DNA of 64,000 bases from Octopus sinensis. Lineage: Eukaryota. The DNA lies in assembly GCF_006345805.1 (NCBI RefSeq), contig NC_042999.1:11470001-11534000 (forward strand), written 5' to 3'. Position 1 is the first letter of the stretch. Every line of letters begins with the position of its first letter. The position numbers and the translations under genes were made by a program. Positions 41,401 through 57,000 of this stretch are shown here, piece by piece. Under the pieces are notes generated by a model. The model did not search any database. It had not been told where the DNA came from and saw only the letters and a list, made by a program, of their open reading frames with translations.

Positions 41401-44400
41401 AAAGTTGACAAGACACAAATGTGGGTGAGAGAGAAAAATATAAAATAAGGTGGGTCCATTCAGAATGAGTTTACTTTTTAGACAGTAAATATATCGTAAA
41501 AATAAAAAATAGTTTCTTTTCTTTTAGTTTTGACAGGAAATTTCTTGGCCATTTTGAAAATATAGTTTAGATTCCTCATTGTAAACATTTAACTACAATT
41601 TGTGTGTGGTATGTGTGTGTGGGGGGGTTAATAACAACAACAACAACAACTGATGACAAAAAGATGGGATACAAGTTCAAACCACACAAATACTAAACTG
41701 GGTGTCAACTGATGGGGGGCAGAATAGATTCACAGCAAAAACAGTTAAATGAAGGATACTGGTGATGGTGATGATGATGATGATGTTTTCCTGGGGAGTT
41801 TAACAATATTAGGCAAATCGGTGAGGAGAAATCATTGAATCAGACATAAAAGATCAAAGGAGGCTCACTTTAAAGAAATATTTGCAGCAGTTTTAGGGGT
41901 CAGCATCATCCTTTGATTAATAATCAACATAGAATCAATCATTATTCTCTAATCACACACATTAGAGGAATTTGGAAAAAATATTTTACTTTCTTGTTCA
42001 GTTCATTGTAAAATCTTTCAAGTGTTTGTCTTTTTTTTGTTTATACTTAAAACCAAGTTTTTGGTGGATTTTTTTTTCAAATTCAATTTAAAGACAAGAA
42101 AAAGTTTAAGCTTTTACTGTGTCCAACTTTGAAAAAGTGACTCCCTTCAAATAAATGATGGAGCCCACACAGGGTTGTCTCCATGGATCGCATTTTAAGA
42201 CTTAAAAATCGAGAATTGCTTTGTTCGCCTTTCAAATGTTTTCTTTTTAGTAAAGTTTTCACTCGTTTCAGTTGCTTTTAGGATTAAAAAAAAAAGAAAT
42301 TTAATTTTTCAAGATAATCTACCATGAACTTATAAATTTAATTAAAATAATGTTTCTTGACTTTGTTTTAAATCACAGAATTATGTAATTAATATACAAT
42401 TTAATTAAATCTGAAGGTTTGTCTTAATTTTAAAAAAAGTGTTTTTCATGGTAAATATATATATATATATAATTTATATATATATTTATATATGCATACA
42501 CACATACATATATATAGATTTGGATATATATATATATCAAATTATCAATGTAATTCACAGATTATTATTATTATTAATCAGCGAATCTGTTATGATAATG
42601 CAGATTTTAGTAGAAAATCAGAACAACATTCATTTGACCAGTTTGTGTTCCAGATTTAAAGGGAGAAAGAGAAAGAGGGATGTTCTTTCTTTTTTTTCAA
42701 AGTGTTTCACATGATTGACTTTTAAATCAAAATGAGGGAATCAAACAATCAACAAGATTCGTTAACTAAAAAAAAAAAAAAGGCTTTTATGAACAGACAT
42801 TAATTGGTAATTAATTTGGCTTGACAATTTAGTAGTCATTTTGTCTTTTACTTGTTTCTGTCATTAGACTGTGGCCACGCTGGGGCACCTTATTAAAGAA
42901 TTCTTAGTCAAATGGATTGAACCCAGTGCTTTATTCTTTTGATGCCTGGTACTAATTCTATCAGTCTCTTTTGCCGAGCTGCTACGTTACAGGGACATAA
43001 ACACACCAGCACCGGTTGTCAAGCAATGGTGCAAGATAAACACAAACACACATATAAATACGACAGGCTTCTTTCAGTTTCTGTCGACCAAATCCACTCA
43101 CAAGGCCCCTGGTTGGCCTGAATCTACTTGCCCAAGGGAGCCGGTCTGTTGCAGGGTTGTGTATAACTCAGCTGAGTGGAGCAACATGAAATGGAGAGTC
43201 CTGCTCAAGAACACAACACACTCCTTCATCCAGGGTCTTTTAATCATGAGTGCAACACTCCTCTCACCACTGTGCTGCATTCCCCCACTCAAGACATAAA
43301 TTGGGGGTTTTGTAGGGGGTGGTGGAAAGAATCTCAATTCCACCGTGCAACACTCGGATGATTCTTTTGAATGGGACGAGGCTGGACAGATTCACATTGC
43401 TTTCAAAGGCCTCTGTGCAGGTGGCACATAAAAAGCACCCACTACACTCTCGGAGTGGTTGGCATTAGGAAGGGCATCCAGCTGTAGAAACTCTGCCAGA
43501 TCGAGATTGGAGCCTGGTGCAGCCTTCTGGTTCGCCAGCCCTCAGTCAAAATCGTCCAACCCATGCTAGCATGGAAAGCGGATGTTAAATGATGATGATG
43601 ATGATGCATTATCTTGGTAGCTTTGAGATTTTGATGGTATGATTGGTTATTTTGAGAATGACATTGTAGGGTAGGTGTGAGAGGCCGGATCTGGGTGGTT
43701 TCAACATAAAACAGGGAGAATACTTGGGTCGGATGTAGGGGCCGGTTTAAGGGTTAAGGGATATACTGTGTCTGAAATAAGAATTGAAAAGGCACAGGTT
43801 TTATACATGAAGTGTGGTGGTGGTGGTGAAGGAGTGGAGGGTGAGAGGACCCCCCCCACCAACAACAACAACAAAAGTCAATCTTCATTGTTTTAAATGA
43901 AAGAATTGAGTTTCAGGAAAGGAAGATGATGTTGTGAGGATCATTGGCAGCTTCATCCATAAAGGCGGGTTTACTCAGGGGTTACTAATTTTGCCCTTAG
44001 TTTGGGTTAAAGAGATACAACCAACTAAATTATTAGAGAACCAGTAAAATATTTTAAAACTTTAAGTTTCCTTCCCCCTCACATGGTTCTGGTTTCAATC
44101 CCACTGCATGGCACCTCGGTGAAGAGGCTTCTACTCTAGAAGTGGGCTGACCAAGACCTGAGTGGATCTGGGAGATGGAAACTGAAAGAAGCCCATTGCA
44201 TATATATGTGTGTGTTTATGTCCTCATAACTGAGCAGTTTTGCAAAAGAGACTGATAGAAGAAGTACCAGGTTTTAAAAAAGTGAAAAAAAAACTCTTGG
44301 GGTCAATTAGTTCAACTAAAATTCTTCAAGGTAGTGCCCCAGCATGGGCTGCGGTCTGATGACTGAAACAAGCAGAAGATCAAAAAATTCCGATATGAGC

Positions 44401-46722
44401 CTGGAAAAGCATCAGAGAAAAAAAAAAAACAAAAAACCATTCCAATGTGTCTTTCTTTGAATCAGTGAACAGCAAAGTCTTCAACGACTGAAAGGAAATC
44501 GTTAGTTTAATTGGGAATGGGGGGGGGGGAGATGGTCAATCCTAATCTTTGCTTTTGGGTGTTGATTGAATAAGTTAAGTAACGGCAAAACGCATGGTGT
44601 CTGCTGCCATGACAGGAAATACAAAACGAAAACGCCCAAAGCCCTGACCCCCACCCCACCATTGGGTGTGATTTAGTAAAACCAGAGAAAAGAGATTAAC
44701 AGAGAAATGAATGCGAAAGGAACGGAAAGAGAAGGAATAAAGCAGCAGGAAATGGAGGGACGAGAAGCACAGACTGTATTGTTTCAATTGGCCATGGAGG
44801 AGTGTAGAAGGTTTGAAGATGAAATACCAGTAATATCTCGGGTCATTAGTCATGTTTATATATATATATAGGCTTGTGTGTGTATAAATATATGTGTATG
44901 TATACATTCACTTTGTTCATTTTTCTATAACAGCATAGAAAATATTAGCTTGCTTGGAAACAAACAAGGGTTGGCTACAGGAAAGGCATCCATCCCTAGA
45001 AAAACTGCCTCAATGAAGTCCAGTTGACTGATGCAAGCATAGGAGAAAGGATGCTAATATGAGGATTACGTGTGTGTGTGTGTGTGTGTGTATGCAAACA
45101 CACATTTAGTGGAAATGAAATTGCTGAGCTTTACAACTAAACTTCCACCTCCCTACATTGAAAAACGCTTTAGGATTATACTCAAGAAAAGATAGAAAAT
45201 AATAATAATAATAGAACAAACCTTTTCAACCATCATAATAATGTGTAACTAAATTTTGCCCCCACCCAGCTTCTTGGAAACAAAAATCAATATTTTGAAC
45301 TAAACACTGCCACCAGTTTTACTCAATCAACAGACATTTTAATTGTAATTAGCTGTTTGGACTAGAAAACAAATGTCTCTCATAGCGCTAAGGAACAGCC
45401 CTTTGTAAGAGAGATCCCTTTCAAGGGTCTAGCCAAGGCCAAGTCATCTAAATTTTCTCGGCAACACAACTATAAAATGCAAACACAAAAGTCTAAATTT
45501 CATTTCGCAAACTGAATGCATGAAAGCCATGCAACGAAAAACAGATGAAAAAAAAAATGAAATAAAATAATAAAATAAATAAAGAGAAGAAAGAGAGAAA
45601 GAAGCAAACAAGAGAAAATGCCTTCTCACTACGGTTGTTGCAACTCAAAACACAAACATCTAATTTTACTTTCTCAAAACTTTCCAAAGAAAACAGCATG
45701 CAAAAAAAAAAAAAAACCCAGAGAAAAAGAAGAAAAAAAGGCTTCAGATGTTTGTTTCTTTGAATTTGGTTAAAAAAAAGTGATTTTTTTGTGGGTGGTT
45801 CATGGTTGGATGGGTGGGTGGAAGATTAACAAGACTAAAGACCTTCTTTGGTGTCAGTTTGTGTGAATGTATTTACGTCTCATCAATATTGATGGAAGAA
45901 GGATGAAAGCTGATGGTGCGATGGCATCGGGATCATCCACTGATTCTTTTCCATTCAACAATTCACGAAATACTGTTCAGGTTGCAATCTCAGAGATCTG
46001 ACGACATTTCAGGGTCGTTTGTGTGTATTTGTAATAAATGCATCCATGTACAAAAAAAAAACAAAAAAACAAAACAGTCAACACACACACACACACACTC
46101 TGCCTCTTTCTTACACACACTCTCCACTAACCATGTCTACCTGAATAGAAAATTTACCAATATTTCTGAAGCTGCAACAAAACTGTTCTGTAATAATAGA
46201 ATAACACAAAAAGTAATTTGAAAGTGAAACTTAAGAATGGAGCTATGGGAATGGAAAAATGGCCCCGAATGAGGATATTAAGAAGAAACATCATTGTTGC
46301 TGCAATGACAAACTGATCTGCTAATGACCTAACTACATTAGCAAGAAGAAGAAGAAGAAGAATATGGAGGAGAGAGAGCTTAAGACTGAAGTGTGAGGAG
46401 AGTAAAAGCTAATCAAGAAATATGAGGGTTGTTTACGGAAGTTAATGCAAAAAGGAATGCGAGTGGGTAAGAGGCAAGAACAAAAAAAGGGGACATGGTG
46501 TGTGTGTGTGTGTGAAAGTAAACAGTGAGAACGGACACTCAACACCACATTTGGGGGACAAAGACTTTCATTATTTGTGTATTTTGTCTTAATCTTAGCT
46601 TTCATGCATTGGAATTTTCAATGTGCATTATTTTATATGTGGAGCATTTGAAAACTGCAAATTCCAAGGCAAAATATATTGCAGAACGCCTAAGATTATA
46701 GACCAGATTCGTAAATAAACAA

Positions 46723-46945
46723 TATATGCATATATATATATATATATATATAATATATATATATATATTATATATATATATATTCATACATATATATAAA
46801 TATATATATACATACATATATATAAATATATATATACATATATGCATAGATACATACATATATATATGCATACATACATTATATAAATCATACACACACG
46901 CACATATATATATATATATATAATATATATATATATGTGTGTGTG
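46723..46945. repeat. Imperfect (TA)n microsatellite
   Basis: More than 200 bp of TA repeats with CA interruptions. Confidence 0.9.
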
Positions 46946-48120
46946 ATTGCTTGTGTGCTGTTCTTTTGTTGTACAAACTCTGAATCCCTTTTCGCCCACT
47001 GGTGAGAAGGTCCAAGCCAAGCAGATTGTGTGAAACTGTTTGGGTGGTGTGTGTGCTGGTGTGTGTGTGTGTGCATATAGACGTGAGGATAGAGTTAAAT
47101 AAGGCAGACACAATTATAAAGAACAGAAGAGAAACAATGAGAAGCATTTCTATGCAGAGGCCTCCATTTTGATATGGTTATGAAGGGGACACAGGGGACA
47201 TTGACCAGTTGAGTTTTCATAGGAGGGACCTTGTTATTAAGGCAAATGGAGTGTTTCTCTCAAGACATGTGTACAAATACACACACACACACACAGTTAA
47301 TGGCTGTAAAATAAAACTGTCGGTCAGTGAGGAGACAGTAACAAGTGAATCATCGGCTGATTCCATTCACATCCGTATCTGACCATTCTCTATTCTCGTT
47401 GCTTTTGTTTCTGAGTATCAACTCACATAACACACACACACACACACACCTCTATATACATCTACGCATACTTATCTGCTCACAGTTTCTTGTGTCAATC
47501 CAAACATAAACTCACAGCAGAATTAAATAAACACATGACCAATACAAATCTACACACACACACACACACACACACGCATACAATAATGAAAGTATTTTTT
47601 TAACGATAAAATGAAATAAAAAATGAGGACAAAACTTCAGAAATCCAACTTATTTGACTTTTTGTGCAAAAACTTCAAAGAGAAAAAGGTTTTTTTGTTT
47701 TTTCTCAGCCTTGTGGCATTCAGGGTGGGTTGAACGGGTGTAGAACTGGTCAAAGCCAGGGAGTGAAATGTATGTTGAGATGTGTAACGAATGCAGCATC
47801 ATCATCATCATCATCATCATCATCATATGTGGACACACACACACACAGAGAGGTTTTCAGCTGCAAGAGGTTACAAGTGTAAAACAATAAGATTTTTTTT
47901 TTAGTTATTCCATGAAAATGAAAGAAAAAGAAGACAATTGAGAATATAAAATATTCAAGTCTCAAAATTTGATTGTTTGATAATAATAATGTCCAATTTT
48001 AATACAAATTCTGCTTAATTATGTGTGTGTGTGTGTGTGTGTGTAATATACAACTGTTTTCATTGTGCACAGAAAATGTATTAATATGTATGAAAATTAT
48101 CAATCTATCTACACACACAT

Positions 48121-48160
<40 letters not shown>

Positions 48161-49389
48161 AAATAATGAATGAAATGAAAGATAAAGAATGCTAAGAAAG
48201 CAAAGTGTTTAAACCCCCCCCCCCTCCCAGGTATATTTCAGGTGTGAAGACCCGTCTCCAGAAGAATACAGTCAAAGGAATGTGTATTGCCAGAGATGCT
48301 TCCATTCTGCCTGACTGACACATTTCTTTGACTCCATTCTTCTCAAGATAAGCTTCTCGGCCTGAACACACAACTATTTGCATTGTTCGGAGCTTTCCAC
48401 GTTTCTCTTTTGCATTCATTTTCTCCTTCCGTACAACAATGTTTCGAGCAAAACTACAATCCTTCTGCTTACACACACACACCACACACACCACACACAC
48501 ACAGCTCAGCTCAGCTTTAATTCCTGCATTTTGTTTCGGCATAAGGCAGACACGTTGCAATCTGGTTATTTCCGAGAGGGTTTCTTCAGCAGCATTCGGT
48601 TAGCAGTATGGTCACTCATCATACTGAAAGTGGAGGGATTCGGTTTTTAATGACAGCAGCTCACAAAGTTAATTAATTAAAGTACTTAATTAGTTACTTA
48701 ATTACTCTGGCTGGCTGATCACTTTTAAGACAAAGTAATACAAAGACAGGAGTAATTCTTCGGCAGAACTGGTTATTTAAGAGTAATGAATGATGGTGAA
48801 TATGGTTGGCTTTCATCACTCAATGACATCAGCCTTTTTGCTTCAGAAATTTCATCAATTTCATTAAAAAAAAACCACTAATAAATAAATAAAATATAAT
48901 ATGAAAGAAAAATTTTTAAATTCTAAAAATGAGAGATTTCAAAGCCAATCTTCGTTAATGAATTAAGAAAAGAGAGAAAGAATGGGGTGAGGGTTAGCAG
49001 TTTGTTTGAAGGGGTTTTTGTTGTTTTGGTTGTAGTTTGTTATACGACAGCCATGTTGTGAATGAAACTCCCAAAGTCAATAAACTCCGTTGATAAGATA
49101 TCAGACAACATGTCAAAATGTCAGCTTTCCATGTGCTACATGATGTTCTACATGTGGTCAAGACATTCAACTTTCAAATGGTCAGATTCACAACTGGAAC
49201 CACAGCAAAACAAAAATTGCTGAGGAATTTCTTGTTGTCACAAAATCTACTTCCTCTGTTAACCTTCCTGCAATTCCATTTCTTGGCACTGGCTACATCG
49301 TTAGGAATTCCTACCTACACCTTTCCAAAATACCAATCAGAGCTATTCACCTGATGAAAGTCTTTCCTGCTTAAAACAATGCTAGTCTT

Positions 49390-49850
49390 TGCTAAATTAA
49401 CTTTGCTTGCAAGTTTGTCTTCCACACCTGGTATTTTGCTTCCAATAAAAGAAAGAGGTTATCAGTACATAATTGGTTCCGAAGGCAGCTTTAAATTCCT
49501 CAATTATGGCTTGGAGGACTATGGTGAATAGCAAGGGACTGAATACTGGAGCCTGGTGAAACCCTACTTCTGCACTAAATTCATTGCAGTATTCATAGCA
49601 AACCATCACTTCACTGACAGCACACCTTAATATGGCTTGTATGGTGCTCACAAGCAATTCTAGCCCTAGCATCCTCACAAACCACCAAGTCACAGAACAA
49701 GGAACTCTGTCAAAAGCTTTCTCCAGGTTTACTTCTACGGTTGTCCGTCTAAGAAGATGGCATCCATAGTAATTCTCCCTGGCACAAAACCAAACTGCAT
49801 CTCATCGTCTCTTCCTAATTAAAAGAGCAAGAACTCTTTCTAACTTTCTG
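49390..49850 (-). mobile_element. Degenerate RTE-clade LINE reverse transcriptase fragment
   Basis: DEMQFGFVPGRITMDAIF...LEKAFDRVP...VGFHQAPVFSPLLFTIVLQAI, with frameshifts. Confidence 0.75.
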
Positions 49851-51045
49851 AATTTGGTGAAAAGAAAGAAAAAAATTCTTAATACCATGGGTGAACAATC
49901 CAGTCTAATTGACTCCATTTGTTGGATAATCCAGGCTAATCTCATCTATGTAAAGATTCTCAATTACAGCATTAATTTACCTAGACATCATTCACACACA
50001 CACACCATTATTGATTCAAATTCTTCAAATGTTGACAGGATTACTTGAGTTTTCCATTCTGTTCCCAGTATCCGGGACAGTGGTGGTGGGCCAGGAATAT
50101 AATTTTTTTTTTCTTTAGTACAAAACATTTGACTTTTGTTCTTCAAGTTTTGAGGTCTTTTGTTTTTTTTTTATCAGTTAAACTCATTATGATGTTTTAT
50201 AGTTGAGTGTCATTTCTAGAGAGAGAGAGAGAGAGAGAGTGTGTGTGTGTGTGTTTGTGTTGTGCGTATTTGAGCACGTGCACACGTTGCACATGCTTAC
50301 AGAATGTTAGAAGGCAAGACGGTGTGAAACTTTTTCTGAGCAGTCTAGCCCAGCCCCTTATCAAGGTAGGGTCACAATTTGGAAAATAATCGTAAATACC
50401 AAAAAAAAAAAAAAGGTCAGCTGCAAATAGGTGTGAGAGCTGTGTCGGCCTTCAAGGAAGGTAAAAATAAAATTGATGACAATGATGATAAGGATGACTA
50501 TGACAATGATAATATAATAATAATGATAATAATAATGATAATAACAACATTGATGTAATGATTATGACACAAGACTTTAAAAAAAAAATTGTTTTAAATG
50601 ATTATTTCAGTTTCATATTTTAGTCTTGTATCTTGTTCTTTTCCAAGAATTATTATCATTTTTTTTTAAAGACAAATGTGAGAAAAATATATAAATAAAT
50701 AAAAAAAATCAACTTCCTACAAAAAAAAAAGTTTCCACCAAATTTTACAGACAGCTTTGATCGACAAATATTCCATTCCTATTCTGGGCTAGCAGACCGT
50801 TTATACAGGCACTGGAGTTGTGTTTAGTGTTGAGTGTACACAGGAGATACATGAAGCCATGAGGCAGCCATCACGAACTGTGTACATGTGGCATTGATGT
50901 GTCTCACCCCCAACTCCTCATGTGGTTTGGAAAAAAAAAAAACCAGGAAACAAACGGCAGAAGATTGTTGTGACACGCGCGTGTGTGTGTGTGTGTTTGT
51001 GTTTGTGTGTGTGTGTGCGTGTGCTGATGAGAGGAGACATGAGCT

Positions 51046-54000
51046 TCATTCCTTGACCAGCCGGTATATGTGGTGTTGGTCCCCGTGCTCACTGGTGGAC
51101 ACTTCAAATACATACGCAATGCACACCAAAGTCTCTTGGGTCTCTCGGTTGGTTACTACCTGCAGACAGAAAGAGAAGAAAGAAAAATGAAGAACGAAGC
51201 GAAAACAATGTTTGGGAATGGCAAAGGGACAAAGGGACATTCTTTTCTATTGTAGGCACAAGGACCAAAATTTTGGGGGAGGGGGCCAGGTGATTAGATC
51301 GACCCCCACACACACACACACCAAGCAACTGGTACTTAATGTATCGACCCCGAAAGGATGAAAGGCAAAGTCGGCCTTGGTGGAATTTGAGCTCAGAACA
51401 TTAAGTAAGATGAATCCTATTTCTTTATTGCCCACAGGGGGCTAAACATAGAGGGGACAAACAAGGACAGACAAACGGATTAAGTCGATTGCATCGACCA
51501 CAGTGCGTAACTGGTACTTATTTAATCGACCCCCGAAAGGATGAAAGGCAAAGTCGACCTCAGTGGAATTTGAACTCAGAACGTAACCACAGACGAAATA
51601 CTGCTAAGCAATTCACCCGGCGAGCTAACATTTCTGCCAGCTCCTTGCTGCCTTATGGCAAATGGATATTGAGGAATTGGAAGAACTCAAGGAATCCATA
51701 AGAGCTGCTTATTTAATTCAAACATTTGATGTTTTATAATCAGAGATTTATAATTGTAAGGCAGGCGTGGCTGTGAGGGTAAGAAGCTTGCTTGATAACC
51801 ATGTGGCTTTGGGTTCAGTCCCACTGCATGACACCTTGAACAGGTGTCTTCTTCTATAGCCCCAAACTGACCAATGCCTTGCGAGTGGATTTGGTTGATG
51901 GAAACACTCTATGCCTGGTCATTGTTGTTTGCCTGATAACTGGTGTTTGTTTGTTTACATCCCTGTAAGTTAGCAGTTTGGTAAAACAGACTGACAGAAT
52001 AAGTACCAGACATAAAAAAATTTTTATTGGGGTTGATTTGTGTGACTAAATCCTTGAAGACAGTGCACCAGCATGGCCACAGTCCAATGACTGAAATAAA
52101 TGCTAAATGCCAAACTCTGTAGGAATGGTCAACGAGTCTTTTGTGTTGAATGGAAATGGTGTAAGAAATGTGCAACGGAGAAATAGAAGGGATTAAAACT
52201 GACAAGTCATGGAAAAGTAGGACACAAGGGGACAACACAATTATTCATAGGGTCCTATGTTACTCTGGTCCTTGTGGTGAGGGCCCATCAGTTCTGACCT
52301 GTTCCAATTGACCCCAGTAATGACAATTTTCCAGTGCACTTTAAATGATTCTTGGTAGAAAAAGGTCCAGAAGTTTCTAAAGGATTGTTGCATAAAGATA
52401 ACAGACAACAGGCACTAGAAAATAAATAAGGTCTTATTTGGGTATAAGGTGGGGGGGGGGCTGCGCACGTGTGTACGCTTGTCACGATACCTATAAAAGA
52501 GTCGCATTACACAAGAGATTCTGTTTGTCTCCAGTCGTTTGTGAAAGTGGACATGGCACAAAGACCAAATAACAAACTGGTCTGTAATACAGGGTGCAGC
52601 AGCAGAAAAAAACCTTCCATGTTTTACATGGTCATTAGTGTGGCTCTAGTCAAGTTAGACAGGCGAGAAATAAGGTCTTCATGTGGCTAATGTTTTACCA
52701 TTTTTCTAACTTTCCTTCATGATTTGGATCAGTGAACAGCAAGTGTTTCCTAACCTGTGGAATGTGGAACGCTTTCTGCCACACTCTGTCCGAAATCCTA
52801 AACTTCTTCTCAATAAATATCAAAAGAAGTCTTCAGTACTTACTTGCAATATGGTAAAGTTCTCTAAAACACTGTTCATCATGTATTTTTCAGGTAGATG
52901 TTTCAGTTTATGGATGAAATTGATCATATATTCACACATTGGTGAACGAGTGATGCGATACACACATTTGCCACCTTCATATCGAGGAAATTCCGTCTAA
53001 AATAGAAAAAAAACACTCATACAGAATTCGATCAAACAACATTTATAAAATGCATCAGTTCTCAAAAGCAAATATTTTCTGATTAATAAACTCGTCGTTT
53101 TATTATTCAATTAATCTAATAACGGCTAAATTTCAATGTATTTCCCAGTAAATTTTAACAAAGAATGAAATATATTTTAACAGCCTTGAAACTTCCAATC
53201 TACTTTGAAGTCACCATTCCTGATTTCTGTTAGGATTTCATACTTTTAAGAGAATAAGCCAGCAGAATCCAGTGAAATTCTTGGCAGCATTTCTGGCAGC
53301 TGCTTACATTTTGAGTCAAAATCAATTGAAACAAAAGGATTAAAGGGATCTGAATTAAACCCTTCCACCAAAATTTCAGATTAATGCTCCAAACGCCAGC
53401 TTAATAAGAACCATACTATTTTACCAAATTCTTCATTATTTTCAAAATTAATTAAAATAAAGAAAGTGCATTTCCATAGAAATATGGCAACGAAAAGATG
53501 AACAGACAGAACAGAGCAACTCATAGTGAACCGATAAACGAGTTTGTGAAGAGAGAAATGAAATATGAGGAGAGCAGAAAGATTCTGAAAAGTCTGGAGA
53601 CAAAAAGGAGAGGAAAGCATTTGCAAAGAAGGGTGAAGAAACTTACTTCTACTTTTTCAACAACCTGTTTTCCAAAAGAACAAACCTTGGTTGAAGATGT
53701 GATAGTCATGTTTTCTGTGCTCTCGTATCTGGAATTAAAAAAACAGGAATAAATCATCCTCCTCATCATTTTAACATCCAGTTTTCCATGTTTGCATGGG
53801 TCAGATGGCTCTTTATTGAAGCAGCAGACTTTCTATGGCTGGAGGCCCTCCCTGTTGAGTAACATTTGCCCATGACCATTCTGTGCTTTCACAGAATATT
53901 AGGAATGAATGACACTGCTTGTGTGACTCATTTACAACTATCACTTAATGCCAAAGCAAGGAGACACAAACAAACTAACACACACACACACATATATGAT

Positions 54001-57000
54001 GGGCTCCTTTCAGTTTCTGCCTATCAAATCCACTCTCAAGGCTTTGGTTGGCCCAAGGCTAGAGTAGGAGTCACTTGCCCAATGCGTCATGTAGTGGGAC
54101 TGAACCTGAAACCATGTGGTTGGGAAGCAACTGTCTTACCACACAGCCATAGCTGTGTCTGTGTGTCTAAATAAAATGAAATCATTAACACCACCGTTTA
54201 TATTTTTAAAAGGAAGAAATTATTTGTTGACAGACAACTTCTCGATTAATCTCAGTCAAAGAACTCAGATTTTACTTAATTTACCATTTCTAACTAAGAT
54301 CTAAAACATTTTCCCAGGTCATTCAGTTGAAATATTTCAAACATTATTTTACAAACAATTGCGTTCATTGCTGTTCTCGCTTTTAACAAGTTTTCCTATC
54401 TAAGGTAGATAACTCTTGACACTTCGCCTCAGAAACTCAAACCTGGCAGCAGTTATCTTCCCCTTGGCCGGGTGGTTGTTAAGATGTTTGCTTGCCAACC
54501 ACATGGATTTAGGTTCAGTCTCACTGCAAGATGCCTTCAGTGTCGTCTTCTACTAATAAGCCCAGACCAAGCAAAGCCTTCAACAGATTTGGTGGATGGT
54601 AATTGAAATAAGACCGTCTTGTAAAGTCTCTCTATCTCTCTCTCATCATTTAATGTCCATTTTGTGATGTTTTAACCAGAGCTGGGCAAGGCTGGAGAGC
54701 TGCACTCGGCTCCAGTTGTTTGCTTTGCTATGGCTTCTACAGTTGGACGCCCTTCCCAATGGTAACCACCTTACAGAGGGTCCTTTGCACATGATGCCAG
54801 CATGGGTGGGTGTGTGTACATATATATACAGCAATAACTCTTGAAATGTACCTGGCTCTGAATTCTACAGGTAACCTATAGAGATAAATACATATACATG
54901 GCAGTGTGTGTGTGTGTGTCGGTGTTCCTTTGCATTTCTACCTGTTTGGGATGGATGGGTGCTGTCAGTTCTTCTGTCAACAAACCATTCAAGACATAAT
55001 GAATAAGAGCTCTCTCTCTCTCTCTCTCTTACTTGAAAAGCCAGGTGTGGTTTAGCGATAGGAAGGCCACTGTCACCAACCCATGTTCATCTTTCCCATG
55101 CCGACATGAAAAACACAAAACTGATAATTACCAAAACATCAGAAATTGTAGAAACATGAAGTACCCCCCTAATGTCACTTGACCATTTTTATAGATTTAA
55201 ATTTAAAATTCCTCTTTCTTATTCTGATCATGAGTTTTTTTTTTATAGAGGTAAATGTTGTTCTGGATACAACATACCTACCAAGAGACTTTCTCTCAGA
55301 TGAAAATCTACAGCATCATGCCTTTCAATGGTATTTTAATGTGTGTGTGTGTGTGTGTGTGTTAAGTGTGGTACATAGATGGCTATTTAAATTGAATGCT
55401 CTTTCATTTGCAAACACTGAATTCATTGCAGTCCAGCAAACCTTCCCAGAATCCCAGCGAATGTAGGGTTTGCTGTTTCCTGTTTGTCAAGAAAGGGACA
55501 AATTTCATTTAGGTATGACAAGTGGATATTCATTATTAAACGACAAGGCTTAGAATGGCCCTAACACACCTGGCATCTCTCATGATCCACAGCTGGGATG
55601 CTGTTGGCTTCACTCCAACGGAAACCACCGCATCATACCTTTCTGTAGATTTGGTATGTTCCAGAAATGGCTATTTTAATTTTATGCTGTTTCACTTTTG
55701 TTCATCAAGTAAATAACATGTTAGAGAAAACCAATAGTGATGAGGGCCAAGCCATAGCTCCCATTTAATAATTGCATGAAAAATAAGGGATTATGTTCAG
55801 TGATTGAGTAATGACCCCAACAAATTGCTAGGAATCAAAAAGGGTTCAAGATTTAAAGATCAAAACAGTATTTTCATGTTTTTTGTTTCCATGGTGAAAT
55901 TTTTCTTTATAGTTTCATGGATCAGAAAAGTGGGGCATTTGGATCAAGTCCGTGACGTGTTTGTCATTGTTTCCGCATGAATAATGGTTACTTACTGACT
56001 AGAAACACCGTAAAATGCTCTAGCATCATCCTGGCCGTTTGTATTCAGATCAGCCTGGAAAGAAAAGAAAAAGCAATTTACAAAACTCGTACTTATACAT
56101 AAATGCACATATAGGACACACAGACAGAGGGGAAATTGAGCAGCAAAGGTGAGGAGAGAGATGCTGTCCCTTTAGGGCTTCTTGCAATTTCAATATAGGA
56201 GGACCGTGTGTGTGTGTGTGTATGTGTGAGGGGGAGAGAGGAGAATGAGAGAGAACTGTGATGGTAGGGCCATGTGATGGGGATGACAGGGTGGGGACAG
56301 CTGGAGATACGTGCGTGAAGTGAGAAAAGGGAGACTTGTGACAAAGTGGGGAAGACAAATGTGAAACTGTTACCTTCACCACAAAAGAAATGACAAAGAA
56401 CTGTGATGACTGGGAGTTGTGCAAGGGGAGGAGACATGGCTGCCAACCCAAGTGTGCCAGACATTGAAACTATGTTATGTTCATTTGTATAGAATGAATA
56501 TTCATAGATTCTCAGCCACAAGAGCAAACAATGTTTGCCTCTGTCAAAACTGATGAGAGTCAACCAGGTTGAAACCAGGAGGTTCACTAAATACATTTCT
56601 GTTGTAACTAAATACAACAAAATATTCTATATTCTTATACAAAATATGATTCAATTTCTTGGAGTTAAAAAGAGAAATTGATTTACTGTCTGAAGTAAAG
56701 ATTACATGGTGGCAAAAACGCCATTATATAAGATAAATTTTAATTGTATTAGAGATTTTACATGTTTCGGTTCTTCTTGAAAAAACGAACCTTATCAAAA
56801 ATATTTTTAAAAGTTAAGTGTAATAAAAAAGTTCATAATTGTTTCTTACTGGTCTCAGCAGAGTCCACGTGGGGGTGTTTTGTGGGGGAGGGGAAGCATA
56901 ATGGTTGTCTTGTGCATTGACTAGACTCGTTGGCTGTAATTGTGAAAATGACCGGTGGCTGAAATAGCAGTAGTAGCAGTGACCATGGTGGTGGTGGTGG

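Noticed and set aside
52588-52790. TACAGGGTG possible mariner left end
   Set aside because: No matching right TIR or convincing transposase frame.
56545-56585. CTGATGA...GAAAC motif
   Set aside because: No credible stem II or cleavage triplet.
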